From contig OZ223236.1 of NCBI GenBank assembly GCA_965140445.1, positions 3,714,498 to 3,778,497 of the forward strand: a stretch of DNA of 64,000 nucleotides. Reading direction: 5' to 3'. A program made the translations under genes and the position numbers. A model generated the notes under the pieces. That model was not told where the DNA came from. It saw only the letters and a program-made list of their open reading frames with translations, and ran no database searches. Shown in pieces: positions 28,680-38,787 of the stretch. Source of the stretch: Candidatus Ozemobacteraceae bacterium (lineage in GTDB: Bacteria > Muiribacteriota > Ozemobacteria > Ozemobacterales > Ozemobacteraceae). Position 1 is the stretch's first letter, and every line of letters begins with the position of its first letter.

Positions 28680-31048
28680 CCAGATCCCCTAAAAAAGAAT
28701 TTCCAGCAATAATAGCAACGATTGTTTTAGCTTTTTTTATACATTACCCCATTTTCGCACAAAGCTGGCAGGTTTTTACCGTTGACAATGGCCTGCCATC
28801 AAGTAATGTAACAGCTTTCTCATCTAATCCAAAGTATCTGGCAGCTGGAACAAACTCGGGAATTGCGCTTTATGACGGAGATTCAAGCTCATGGCAAATC
28901 CCCCCTTTTCCAGAAGAAATAGCATCTGCCTCAGTTAAAGACCTGGCATTTGACCAGAATGGAGGACTTTGGATAGCAACATCAATGGGGGTTATTAATT
29001 ATTACGGAAAACGTCATTTCGTATATGGCAAATCAGACGGTTTACCAAATGTTGATGCAGACAGAATTCAGGTCTCTAAGAACAAAGTCTTTGTTGGCTG
29101 CTTCGGAGGCTATGTTTCAAGCGCTGTGATTCCCCAGGGAGGAAGAACTTCATTTGTTCCGGTTAATTATAGTCATTTTGAGAAAAACCAGGGCCTGAAA
29201 ATCCGAGCGGTTGGAGTCTCCGGATTGGCAATGAATTCTTCTGCAAGAGGTTGGTATAGCTCCATGGGAGAAGGCCTGGTAGAAATGATTGGAAGCAATG
29301 AATACCCAATCAACACCAGCAACGGCCTTGCAGCGGATTGGGTTAATGATTTCTTTATATTCGAAAGCAAATCCAAAAAAAAGCATATTCTTGCAGCAAC
29401 AACAGATGGCATCAGTCTTCTCAAGGACACAAACGTTTACATGAACATCCGGGTACCAGACGGAGAAGCCTGGGCAACTTCGATAGCTGCAATTAAAGAT
29501 GAAGCAGACATAGCTCCATTTATGGACAAGGATGATAAAACAGAGGATGAGACCAAACTTCATGAATTTCTGGAAGGCAGAATTATCTTTGTTGGAACCA
29601 GATCCCACGGACTTTGGCGTTTTAGAAATGGCTACTGGAAAAATTTTACCGAAAGTAATTCCCAGCTTCCTGGAAACTGCATTAACAGACTTTTTGTGCT
29701 TGGAAAAAAACTTGTAATTGCCACAAATGCCGGCCTTGTACTCATGCCAATTCATTCACAAATGTTTGACGAGTTTAAAAATACAGGAATCGGCAATGCA
29801 TACGCGAAAACGATTTTCCCAATGCCCCCATCCTTTCAATATATGATTCCTTTTAGACAGGTTCTACGCGGCAAAGATTACTGGTTTACGCACAAACATG
29901 GCTTAAGCAGATATAAAACCAAGGCAATTGTAACCAATCTCGATACGGCGGAAAATGTTACTCACAGCTCACGAATGGAACTTTCCCCAGAGGAACAAGA
30001 AAAAATAGCCAAAACTACCACATTTCAAGAATTTCCGGATTTAAAAGAAGGTCGGGAAAATGTTGAAGGCAGTTTGTGGCAAATGTTCAGCAATGAATAC
30101 ATGACTTCTTTCGATGAAAGAATCCTATTCCCAATTTATTCCAACAATATTTCCAGAATAGCAATAAACCAATCAAACCAGGATCTATGGATAATTTTTG
30201 AGAACAAACGTCTTTGTCGACTAAGCTTTAAAATGAAACTTAACCGTAAAGTTTCCCCTCCTGAAATGCTTGAAACTCCCGTCTGGGAATTTATGGACAA
30301 ATATCAGCCATGGTCAGGTGACACAATTTTAACCACAGTCTGGTTTAACGACGGCAAACTCTATATTGGTACCAAGGGAGATGGCTTTTACATTCTAAAG
30401 AATTCATCAACCCGTGAATATGAAAAAAATCCATTTGAGTGGCAACACTATGGCATATACGAAAGGCTACCTGTTTCAACTGTTCTGGAATTTACAAAAT
30501 GGAAGTATCAAGACGTGGATTACCTGGTTTTAATGCATCCGCAAGCAATCTCTTTGTGGAATGGAGAATTCTTTTCAGAGCTTTCTATTGGTGGAATGCG
30601 AAAAAATCACTGTATAGCTGCAGACAATAATGGAAATCTATACGTTGGCACCGATGGTGGTCTCGTTAGAGTGACTGAAAAAGGCAAAACTTACTCTTAC
30701 ACCTGCGGTAATGTATTTCTAGAATCTGATTACATAACCGCAATCGGCATTCCCCCATCAAACTCCAAACGAAAGACAGGAATTTGGGTGGCTTGCGATA
30801 AAGAAGCATCGTTCACCGCATTAAACGACAACTTCAATGGCTCAGACCAGCCGCCAAATGTGTACACACTTCCTGACGGAACAAAGAAAGTAGTTGAATT
30901 AGATATTGATGGTGCTTCGATGCATTTCTTTGATGGCCAAACCTGGGAAAAGTGGAAAGTCCCGGGCGTAACAAGCATGTTCATAGACAACGACTACTTA
31001 TGGACAACATCAAACATTAGAGTAAGGCGTTTTCTTGTTCCACGATGA
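28673..31048 (+). CDS. Secreted beta-propeller protein with Reg_prop-like (two-component-regulator propeller) repeats.
   Basis: 791 aa with signal peptide. Repeats NGGLWIATSMGVINYYG, GKLYIGTKGDGFYIL and GNLYVGTDGGLVRV fit the G-LW-GT-GL motif. Confidence 0.5.
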   Translation: MVARSPKKEFPAIIATIVLAFFIHYPIFAQSWQVFTVDNGLPSSNVTAFSSNPKYLAAGTNSGIALYDGDSSSWQIPPFPEEIASASVKDLAFDQNGGLWIATSMGVINYYGKRHFVYGKSDGLPNVDADRIQVSKNKVFVGCFGGYVSSAVIPQGGRTSFVPVNYSHFEKNQGLKIRAVGVSGLAMNSSARGWYSSMGEGLVEMIGSNEYPINTSNGLAADWVNDFFIFESKSKKKHILAATTDGISLLKDTNVYMNIRVPDGEAWATSIAAIKDEADIAPFMDKDDKTEDETKLHEFLEGRIIFVGTRSHGLWRFRNGYWKNFTESNSQLPGNCINRLFVLGKKLVIATNAGLVLMPIHSQMFDEFKNTGIGNAYAKTIFPMPPSFQYMIPFRQVLRGKDYWFTHKHGLSRYKTKAIVTNLDTAENVTHSSRMELSPEEQEKIAKTTTFQEFPDLKEGRENVEGSLWQMFSNEYMTSFDERILFPIYSNNISRIAINQSNQDLWIIFENKRLCRLSFKMKLNRKVSPPEMLETPVWEFMDKYQPWSGDTILTTVWFNDGKLYIGTKGDGFYILKNSSTREYEKNPFEWQHYGIYERLPVSTVLEFTKWKYQDVDYLVLMHPQAISLWNGEFFSELSIGGMRKNHCIAADNNGNLYVGTDGGLVRVTEKGKTYSYTCGNVFLESDYITAIGIPPSNSKRKTGIWVACDKEASFTALNDNFNGSDQPPNVYTLPDGTKKVVELDIDGASMHFFDGQTWEKWKVPGVTSMFIDNDYLWTTSNIRVRRFLVPR

Positions 31049-31128
31049 TGATAGTTTAACGGTAAGATTTAAATCGACACAGAGCTTATCAGGTCGTATA
31101 ATTCACCTGAATTTAAGGACGGTTACTT

Positions 31129-31749
31129 ATGAAAAATGAAATACCCTGGCAATTAACAGAGGACAAAACCCTCCCGATGACCCTATCAGAAAAGGGTTTA
31201 GATTTTAAAGGAAAAACAGCCTTTTTCTTTTACTTTTCTGGCATCCTGGCCACTCTATCTATGTCATGGGTGGCAATGTTATCCATAAAGTTACTATACA
31301 TGGCTCACAAGGACGCTTCAGTCCCCAGAACTTACGTAACAATCGGAATCATGTGCTTCGGGATCAGTGCGGTTGCACTATATAGCTTCTATAAGCTTTA
31401 CCACAACCGAAAAGCATATTCTAAAGAAATCACAATTAAAGATGGCTCAGTTGTTTTCCTGGAAAAAACCATAGATGGAAAAACAGAATGGACCGAGAAA
31501 ATCAAAAAATTTGATGGCATAGTTTTAAAACACTACGTTTATCGCGGGGTGCAATCCTGGTATATAGTTCTGGATCATAATGACAAAACCAAAAACATAG
31601 TCCTCTTTGCCCCTGGTTTCGAGGATAAAGCCATATCTGAAGATGAAAAACGCAAGAAATTAGCTCAATACGGCACCCTTTTTAACCTTTTAACCACATT
31701 TGAGCGTCCAGAAGACACATCAGACGAAGATAAAAGCAAAAAAGAATAA
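31129..31749 (+). CDS. Hypothetical membrane protein (2 TM) with acidic C-terminus.
   Basis: 206 aa. Hydrophobic stretches FFFYFSGILATLSMSWVAMLSI and VTIGIMCFGISAVALYSF. Confidence 0.4.
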   Translation: MKNEIPWQLTEDKTLPMTLSEKGLDFKGKTAFFFYFSGILATLSMSWVAMLSIKLLYMAHKDASVPRTYVTIGIMCFGISAVALYSFYKLYHNRKAYSKEITIKDGSVVFLEKTIDGKTEWTEKIKKFDGIVLKHYVYRGVQSWYIVLDHNDKTKNIVLFAPGFEDKAISEDEKRKKLAQYGTLFNLLTTFERPEDTSDEDKSKKE

Positions 31750-31770
31750 CCTGAAAAAGGAAATTAGATA

Positions 31771-32337
31771 ATGAATAAAGGAAAATCCAGCTGGCCAGCA
31801 GCAACTCTTTTAAGCCCGGTTCCAGCGGTAATGGTTAGTTGTCAGAACGAAAACAAAGCCAATATTATTACAATAGCCTGGGCGGGAACGATAAACTCAG
31901 CTCCTCCCATGCTATCAATCTCAGTTAGAAAAGAAAGGTTTTCTTACGATCTTATTAAAGATTCTGGAGAATTTTGTGTAAATGTTCCCGACAAGAAACT
32001 AGCCAAAGAAACTGATCTTTGCGGTGTAATCTCTGGTAAAACAATAGATAAGTTTCATGAATCCGGTCTGACAAAAGGCAATAGCATCCACATAAATGCC
32101 CCTATAATAATGGAATGCCCTTTAAATATTGAATGCAAAGTAACCCAGGAAATTGAACTTGGTTCTCACAACCTCTTTCTTGCCGAGATAGTTGGTATTC
32201 AGGTAACAAGCGACCTTATTGATAAATCAGGCAAACTCAATCTCAACAAAAACGGCCTGCTCGGCTTTGCTCACGGACACTACTATCAACTAGGCAAAGA
32301 ACTTGGGCAATTCGGCTTTAGTGTAAAAAAGAATTGA
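31771..32337 (+). CDS. Flavin reductase-like (FMN-binding split-barrel) protein.
   Basis: 188 aa. WPAATLLSPVPAVMVSC...IITIAWAGTINSAPPMLSISV matches the flavin_reduct domain N-terminus. Confidence 0.65.
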   Translation: MNKGKSSWPAATLLSPVPAVMVSCQNENKANIITIAWAGTINSAPPMLSISVRKERFSYDLIKDSGEFCVNVPDKKLAKETDLCGVISGKTIDKFHESGLTKGNSIHINAPIIMECPLNIECKVTQEIELGSHNLFLAEIVGIQVTSDLIDKSGKLNLNKNGLLGFAHGHYYQLGKELGQFGFSVKKN

Positions 32338-33602
32338 AAACATACGATATAGCAATTGTTGGAGCTGGTGCCGCTGGCTTGATAGCCGCTGGAGTCTGCG
32401 GAAACGCAGATCTTTCCACGATAGTTGTCGAATCCATGAAGTATCCCGCCCGCAAGCTCAGGATTTCAGGAAAAGGCCGATGCAACCTCACCAATACCGA
32501 GGAAATAGACAAGCTGCTTCTCCACTTTAACAACCGCGGAAGATTCCTGAAACACGCCATCAAAAGTTTTACGAATATAGATCTTCGTGATTTCTTCTCA
32601 AAGCTTGGCGTTGAAACGATCGAAGAGCGAGGAGGCAGGGTTTTTCCCAGCAGTCAGAGCGCAATTGAAGTAGTAGACGCCCTGAAAAAATGGTGCGAAA
32701 ATTCAGGAGCAAAACTAATCACCTCAACTCCCGCAAAAGGCCTGTTATTCGAAAAAGGTAAATGCGTTGGAGTTAAAATAAACGGAAATCAGCAAGCAAT
32801 TTACGCAAACCACGTCCTTCTTGCAACAGGCGGCCGATCCTACCCGGGGACTGGTTCTACCGGAGATGGATATAACTTTGCAAAATCCGTGGGCCACAAA
32901 ATTATAAAGCCCCTCCCCTCTCTTGTCGCGCTAGTAACCGATCCGATTCCAGATCCGGCAATATGTGGGCTTCAGCTAAAAAACGTCAAAGCTGAGTTAT
33001 GGAACAATGGAAAAAAAATCACAGAACAGTTTGGTGAGCTCCTTTTTCAGGCAAAGAGCATTTCTGGCCCCATAATCATCACTCTTTCAAGAACCGCAGT
33101 CCCTCTTCTGCAAACCCGCGAAAATAAGGTAGAGATTCTAATTGACCTCAAACCTGCTCTGTCATTTGAGCAGCTGGATCAAAGACTTCTGCGGGAAATT
33201 GCGTCAAATCCTAAAAGATTGCTTCAAAACATACTTGAGTCACTTCTCCCCAAAAAATTAACTGGAAAATGCCTGCATGATCTTGAATTAAAACCCGATT
33301 TAAAAGCCTCAGATATCAGCAGCCATGCCAGAAAATCCATACGAAAATGGCTGAAGGAACTTAGATTTTCTATAAAATCCCCCGCACCATGGGAAGAAGC
33401 TATTGTTACTGCAGGTGGCGTTTCTACAAAAGAAATCAATCCAGTAACCATGGAATCAAAGTTAGTGCCCAACCTCTACTTTGCCGGAGAGATTATCGAC
33501 GTTGACGCTGATACTGGTGGATACAATCTTCAGGCGGCCTTTTCTACAGGAATACTCGCGGCCAGAAGCATAATTGAGAAAACAAAAAATAAAAACCAAT
33601 AA
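32334..33602 (+). CDS. HI0933-family FAD flavoprotein (BaiN/aminoacetone-oxidase-like).
   Basis: TTG start overlapping the previous stop. YDIAIVGAGAAGLIAA dinucleotide-binding motif. TGGRSYPGTGSTGDGY is the HI0933 signature. Confidence 0.7.
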   Translation: MKTYDIAIVGAGAAGLIAAGVCGNADLSTIVVESMKYPARKLRISGKGRCNLTNTEEIDKLLLHFNNRGRFLKHAIKSFTNIDLRDFFSKLGVETIEERGGRVFPSSQSAIEVVDALKKWCENSGAKLITSTPAKGLLFEKGKCVGVKINGNQQAIYANHVLLATGGRSYPGTGSTGDGYNFAKSVGHKIIKPLPSLVALVTDPIPDPAICGLQLKNVKAELWNNGKKITEQFGELLFQAKSISGPIIITLSRTAVPLLQTRENKVEILIDLKPALSFEQLDQRLLREIASNPKRLLQNILESLLPKKLTGKCLHDLELKPDLKASDISSHARKSIRKWLKELRFSIKSPAPWEEAIVTAGGVSTKEINPVTMESKLVPNLYFAGEIIDVDADTGGYNLQAAFSTGILAARSIIEKTKNKNQ

Positions 33603-33702
33603 AACAAACCCTGCAAAGCCTGAAAAAGTTTTGCTAGCCGCAAAGCCTTGACTTTGCATTTTGACTAACTGATAATGTGAAAAAAGCTCGAAAGGACAAT
33701 TA

Positions 33703-35319
33703 ATGCTAATTAGATTAAGACAGGTTGAAGTATCACTTGAGTATACAGACGAGGAAATTAAGGAATCAGCTGCAAAGAAAATTAAATGTAGTCCAACGGA
33801 TATTGTTTCCTTTTTTATTGAAAAACGCTCATTGGATGCCAGACCACGCCGCGTAGAACCGGCTTTCATCCTTCAGCTTGAAATTCATTTAAAAAGCCAC
33901 GTTGAAGTCAACTGGGCACACAATAGAGATCTGGATGAAATAGACCCTCCCAAAGAGGTAGAAGAAGTAACCTTTCCAAAATTTAAGGAAGACAGAAAGC
34001 GACCGATCGTTATTGGAGCTGGCCCCGCCGGACTAATGGCTGCATTCCATCTTTCAGTAATGGGTTTTAACCCGATTGTCCTCGAAAGAGGTTCCCAGGC
34101 GGAAGAACGCCAGGATCAGGTAACTGCTTTCTGGCGTGGAGGAGCTTTCAATCCAGAAAGCAATACTTTGTTTGGAGAAGGCGGAGCAGGTTTATTCTCA
34201 GACGGCAAACTTACTGCCAGAAGCAAGGACAAGCCAAGAATCAGACTTTTCCTTCAAACTTTAGTTAGATGTGGAGCACCAAAAGAAATCCTGATGGATT
34301 CAGAGCCACATGTGGGTAGCGACAATCTTCTCAGGATTGTTCCTAATCTGAGAAGAATGATTGAAGAAAATGGCGGCGAAATCAAATTCAATTCTCCAGT
34401 GACTGACATTTCCATTGATGATGGAAAGGTTAGCGGAGTTTCGTGCGGTTTTTCATACTACCCAACTGACGATATAATTCTGGCCACAGGGCATAGTGCC
34501 AGAGATGTTTACAGAATGCTCTCTTCAAAAGGAGTTGCCCTTGAATCTAAACCTTCTGCAATAGGAATCCGCCTTGAGGTGCCGCAACACCAGATCGATT
34601 CTTCTCAATATGGCAAGTTTGCTGGTCACAAAGCCATGGGAGCAGCAAATTTCAAACTCACAAGAAAAGGCGATGATAGAACCAGAGCTTGCTACAGTTT
34701 CTGCATGTGCCCAGGTGGTTTAACAATATCCTGCGCATCAGAAAAAGACGGCCTTACCACTAATGGTATGAGCTACTCAAGCAGAAGTGGATTTTATGGT
34801 AATGCAGCTTTCATAGTCCCGGTTGGACCAGAGGACTATGGAATGTATGAAGGCCCAGATAAAGCCCCTGAACTGGCAGGCTTAAATTTTCAGGCGCACA
34901 TTGAACAAGCGGCTTATAAAGCTGGCGGCAACGGTTTCAGCCTTCCCGCCTTAAGATTGCAGGATTTTCTCGCGGATCGCGTATCAGAAGACCTCCCGGA
35001 AGGCAGATCATGCAAAAGATCCAGACCAGCTGATTTCAGAAGCATACTGCCTGAATTTATAATAAAAACCCTGAAAAAGACAATTCCACCAATGTTACGC
35101 CAGTTAAAAAGTGTAGACCAGGCTGAAGCTATTATGTATGCAGCAGAAACAAGAAGTTCAAGCACAGTTAGAATCTTAAGAGATGATACAGGCCAATCTC
35201 CCAATGTGTTGGGCCTTTATCCAACAGGAGAAGGTTCTGGATATGCCGGAGGAATTGTCAGCTCTGCAGTAGATGGGCTAAAAGCGGCCGAAACCCTTGT
35301 AGAAAAATATAAATACTAA
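33703..35319 (+). CDS. FAD-dependent dehydrogenase (COG2509-like).
   Basis: 538 aa. VIGAGPAGLMAA FAD-binding motif. Size and architecture typical of the uncharacterised NAD(FAD)-utilising dehydrogenase group. Confidence 0.6.
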   Translation: MLIRLRQVEVSLEYTDEEIKESAAKKIKCSPTDIVSFFIEKRSLDARPRRVEPAFILQLEIHLKSHVEVNWAHNRDLDEIDPPKEVEEVTFPKFKEDRKRPIVIGAGPAGLMAAFHLSVMGFNPIVLERGSQAEERQDQVTAFWRGGAFNPESNTLFGEGGAGLFSDGKLTARSKDKPRIRLFLQTLVRCGAPKEILMDSEPHVGSDNLLRIVPNLRRMIEENGGEIKFNSPVTDISIDDGKVSGVSCGFSYYPTDDIILATGHSARDVYRMLSSKGVALESKPSAIGIRLEVPQHQIDSSQYGKFAGHKAMGAANFKLTRKGDDRTRACYSFCMCPGGLTISCASEKDGLTTNGMSYSSRSGFYGNAAFIVPVGPEDYGMYEGPDKAPELAGLNFQAHIEQAAYKAGGNGFSLPALRLQDFLADRVSEDLPEGRSCKRSRPADFRSILPEFIIKTLKKTIPPMLRQLKSVDQAEAIMYAAETRSSSTVRILRDDTGQSPNVLGLYPTGEGSGYAGGIVSSAVDGLKAAETLVEKYKY

Positions 35320-35322
35320 CTT

Positions 35323-36780
35323 CTAATTTGAAGCCTGAGAGCTGTTGCTTTCAGGCTGTATAGCATAAAGCCAGTAGCCTTTTCGGTATATCCAAAAGGC
35401 TACTGTTGTTGAAATGAAGTTGCTAAAAATCATTGGCCACCATATTGAAGTATAGGACTTATCCCCCAAAATAGAAGCACACCAGACAAGCAAACTGTGA
35501 ATTGTCCCGGTTTGCCATGGTATCGCTGCCACCAGATACCCGGAAAGCAAAAAAGCCATTGGAATTCGAACTATCCATAGGCGCACCAGGTCAACTATCA
35601 TTACAGGCTTTGTATATCCGCTTCCATTAAATACACCCCAAAACATGAAAAGAAAGCCAAAAATCCATACCGCAATAGAGTTTATCTTTAACATTTCATT
35701 TGCATAGCCCACGACCAAAGGATCATTTATAAAAACAGCAGAAAGGCTATCGCCATGAAAATATAAAAGAGATGAGCCAATAGTCATGATTATCATCACA
35801 AGAACCAGCGACACGTGAAAGCTTCTAATCGCCCGATCCTTTTTTCCCGCCCCCAAACATTGTCCTATTATACTGGACAAAGCATTACTCATCCCCATTG
35901 GAGGCATCATTATAAAGTTAACGAAACGAAATCCAATGGAATTTGCAGAAATAATTTCTGTCCCGAATTTATTTACCAACCCCTGCATAACAACAAATCC
36001 AAGCGAAGTTGTGGTTTGAGCCAGCGAAGCAGGAATACCAATTCTTAGAATCTCTTTTATTTTTAAATAATCTGGCCTCAACATGGCAAAAGAAGGAATA
36101 TAGCTGGCAAAATATCTCTTCATGACATAAAAGGAAAGAATCACTGAAAAAGCTCTTGAAATTAGAGTAGCTAAAGCCGCGCCCTCTAACCCCATCGCCG
36201 GACAACCAATCCAACCATAAATCATTATTGGATCAAGAACCAGATTCACAATTACTGAAATAAGGTTTATAACCATTGGAGACATGCCATCGCCGATTCC
36301 CATGGCAAAGCTTTGAAAGCCAAAAAAAACAAACATCAAACCCATGCCAAACATAATTAAGCGAATATAGATTTGAGAGGACTCCAATATTGTTTCCGGA
36401 GTGTTCAACAAGAGAAGCACAGGCTTAATAAAAAATAGAGCGATTGCAAAGAAAATAAGCATAAATACAGTCAGCAAAAGACCGACCTGTCCTAAATACA
36501 TGCGGATTTTCTCTGGCTCATTCGCGCCTTTGAATCTTGATATCAAAGCCGTTGTAGCAACTGCAATGCCCTGACCAAGTGAAGCAAATAGAAAAACAAG
36601 CGGAAAAGCAATTCCGGTAACCGCCACAGCCTCTGTAGAACCACTAGCTAATTGTCCAAGCCAGTAAGTATCCGTCAGATTGTAAACAACCTGAATCAGA
36701 TTCGAAAACATCATGGGAAGCGATAATACAATAAGATTCTTAACAATACTTCCCTCTGTGAGGTTTCGGCCGTCGGCCAT
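35323..36780 (-). CDS. MATE-family efflux transporter.
   Basis: 485 aa with 12 predicted TM. The N-terminal region IVKNLIVLSLPMMFSNLIQVVYNLTDTYWLGQL is the MATE hallmark. Confidence 0.85.
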   Translation of the reverse strand: MADGRNLTEGSIVKNLIVLSLPMMFSNLIQVVYNLTDTYWLGQLASGSTEAVAVTGIAFPLVFLFASLGQGIAVATTALISRFKGANEPEKIRMYLGQVGLLLTVFMLIFFAIALFFIKPVLLLLNTPETILESSQIYIRLIMFGMGLMFVFFGFQSFAMGIGDGMSPMVINLISVIVNLVLDPIMIYGWIGCPAMGLEGAALATLISRAFSVILSFYVMKRYFASYIPSFAMLRPDYLKIKEILRIGIPASLAQTTTSLGFVVMQGLVNKFGTEIISANSIGFRFVNFIMMPPMGMSNALSSIIGQCLGAGKKDRAIRSFHVSLVLVMIIMTIGSSLLYFHGDSLSAVFINDPLVVGYANEMLKINSIAVWIFGFLFMFWGVFNGSGYTKPVMIVDLVRLWIVRIPMAFLLSGYLVAAIPWQTGTIHSLLVWCASILGDKSYTSIWWPMIFSNFISTTVAFWIYRKGYWLYAIQPESNSSQASN

Positions 36781-36844
36781 ATAATCATTCCTTTTCTTTA
36801 TCGGTCAGATTCTACACCAGTATCACCTGTACATCAACAAAAGC

Positions 36845-36878
36845 AAAACCGGCTTTTCAAAAATAAAAAGCCGGTTTA
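36845..36878 (-). terminator. Rho-independent terminator after trpB (minus strand).
   Basis: aaaccggcttt ... aaagccggttt hairpin. On the minus strand it is followed by TTTTGCTTTTGTT. Confidence 0.5.
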
Positions 36879-36900
36879 ACGTTAATCTCGAATAATATAC

Positions 36901-38172
36901 TTAGCCTTGAGCTATCTTTTTCTGCATTTCTTCCATTGTATCGCCATAGTTTTCGGTTACAAAATCAATGTCTTTGTCTCCGCGCCCACTCAGGTTAACC
37001 AAAATAGACTGATATTTCTTCTCTTCTGCGAGCTTAATGGCATAAGCGACAGCATGAGCACTCTCAAGTGCCGGAATGATACCCTCAACGCGGCTTAAAA
37101 GATAGAAAGCTTCCAGGCATTCCTTATCTGAAACATGAACATAATTAATTCGCCCTTCGTCCTTCAAAAAACAATGCTCCGGGCCAACACCAGGATAGTC
37201 CAGTCCACTTGCAATTGAGTATACAGGGGCGGGTTCTCCTTTCTCATCTTGAAGTAGATAACACTTAAATCCATGAATAACTCCTGGTTTACCATGAGTC
37301 ATAGTTGCTGCATGGTCTCCGGGTTTAAACGACCTTCCCGCAGGTTCCACCCCGTAAATTTCCGTGCCTTCATCTTCAAGAAACGCTGAAAATAAACCTA
37401 TCGCATTACTACCGCCCCCAACGCTTGCTACAAGGTTGTCAGGGATTTCGCCTGTCATTTCAAAAAACTGCTCTCTTGCTTCAATTCCCACAATGCGTTG
37501 AAATTCTCTCACCAGCATTGGAAACGGATGCGGTCCTACAACTGAGCCAATACAATACATTGAAGTATCAGGATCTTCCAGATAAGCCACAAAAGCAGAG
37601 TCAACTGCTTCCTTGAGAGTTTTTAAACCAGCACTTACCGGAACAACTTTGGCCCCAAGCAATTTCATTCTGATAACATTTGGATGCTCTTTTGCAATAT
37701 CCACTTCACCCATGTGAATTTCGCAATCGAGACCAAAATAGGCTGCTGCAGTGGCTAGCGCAACACCATGCTGCCCTGCCCCAGTCTCAGCGATAAGCTT
37801 TTTCTTGCCCATATATTTAGCCAGTAATGCTTCGCCCATACAATGATTAAGTTTGTGCGCACCGGTGTGATTAAGATCTTCGCGTTTCAGGTATATCCTG
37901 GCACCGCCCAACTGATTTGAAAGCCTTTCAGCAAAATAAACAGGGGTCGGTCTTCCCTGATAATGCTTTCTAATAGATCTTAGCTCTGAGATAAATTTAT
38001 GTGATTTGCTTATTGTAAGATAAGAATGGGTAATCTGTTTAAAATGGTCAACTAAAACCGGGGGCAAAACCGCGCCACCGTATGGCCCAAAGTTACCATC
38101 CATATCGGGAAATTTTCTAAGATAATTGCTTTCCATTTCTGTCTCCTGAGTATAAATAAGTGCTTCAATCAT
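36901..38172 (-). CDS. trpB: Tryptophan synthase beta subunit, standalone (no trpA nearby).
   Basis: [54 protein letters not shown] matches the TrpB PLP-binding region. The true start may be the internal Met (MESNYL...). Confidence 0.85.
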   Translation of the reverse strand: MIEALIYTQETEMESNYLRKFPDMDGNFGPYGGAVLPPVLVDHFKQITHSYLTISKSHKFISELRSIRKHYQGRPTPVYFAERLSNQLGGARIYLKREDLNHTGAHKLNHCMGEALLAKYMGKKKLIAETGAGQHGVALATAAAYFGLDCEIHMGEVDIAKEHPNVIRMKLLGAKVVPVSAGLKTLKEAVDSAFVAYLEDPDTSMYCIGSVVGPHPFPMLVREFQRIVGIEAREQFFEMTGEIPDNLVASVGGGSNAIGLFSAFLEDEGTEIYGVEPAGRSFKPGDHAATMTHGKPGVIHGFKCYLLQDEKGEPAPVYSIASGLDYPGVGPEHCFLKDEGRINYVHVSDKECLEAFYLLSRVEGIIPALESAHAVAYAIKLAEEKKYQSILVNLSGRGDKDIDFVTENYGDTMEEMQKKIAQG

Positions 38173-38247
38173 TCCCGAAATATCTAAGGGTTTAATCTAC
38201 TATCGGGAAAAAAATACTCAAAATAAACAGAAAAGTTTACGGCAAAC

Positions 38248-38787
38248 TTATCCTTTAGTTTTTAATACTTTCATTAATCTGTCGTAAAGAACTACATTCA
38301 CGCACATTGCCAGGTTTAAGCTTCCGTCGGTAGGAATATAAACAACATCCCTGCAATAACTAAGAGTTTTCTTTCCAAGAGTCATATTTTCCCCACCAAA
38401 AATATAAAAGGCCTGGGGAGGATGTACATAATCCACTAACGACACAGCACTGTCTACAAGTTCAACAGCTACCGGAACGTAGCAATAAGGAATGGCCGAA
38501 TGCAAATCATCTACCTGCAAAACCGGAGTGGTCATATAATCTTTATTGACGTCTGAACCAGCTCTTTCCAGCTGTTTTCCGGCTATGGCAATCATATTTG
38601 CACCAAAGCAACCGGCAGCTCTAAAAACAGAGCCTATATTTACATTTTTTCTTGGGGACTGCAGCCCTATTGCGCATGATCCAATTTTTCTTCGATCATA
38701 GCGCGATCCTTCATGATTTTTTAATTGAAAAAATTTCTCTAAATTTTCTGCGATTTGATTGTAATCCATTATTCTTCTTTCAGCCAA
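38248..38787 (-). CDS. SPOUT (SpoU/TrmH-class) RNA methyltransferase.
   Basis: 179 aa. Motifs GSVFRAAGCFGA and LNLAMCVNVVLYD resemble SpoU motifs 1 and 3. Overlaps the upstream HK by 8 nt. Confidence 0.6.
   Translation of the reverse strand: MAERRIMDYNQIAENLEKFFQLKNHEGSRYDRRKIGSCAIGLQSPRKNVNIGSVFRAAGCFGANMIAIAGKQLERAGSDVNKDYMTTPVLQVDDLHSAIPYCYVPVAVELVDSAVSLVDYVHPPQAFYIFGGENMTLGKKTLSYCRDVVYIPTDGSLNLAMCVNVVLYDRLMKVLKTKG

Noticed and set aside
31049-31128. tRNA-like motif (tagtttaacggtaagat resembles a D-arm) in the gap before 31129.
   Set aside because: No T-loop (GTTCRANYC), no 7-bp acceptor stem pairing with a downstream 3' arm, and no CCA-compatible end. The only hairpin, caggt-N10-acctg, has a 10-nt loop.
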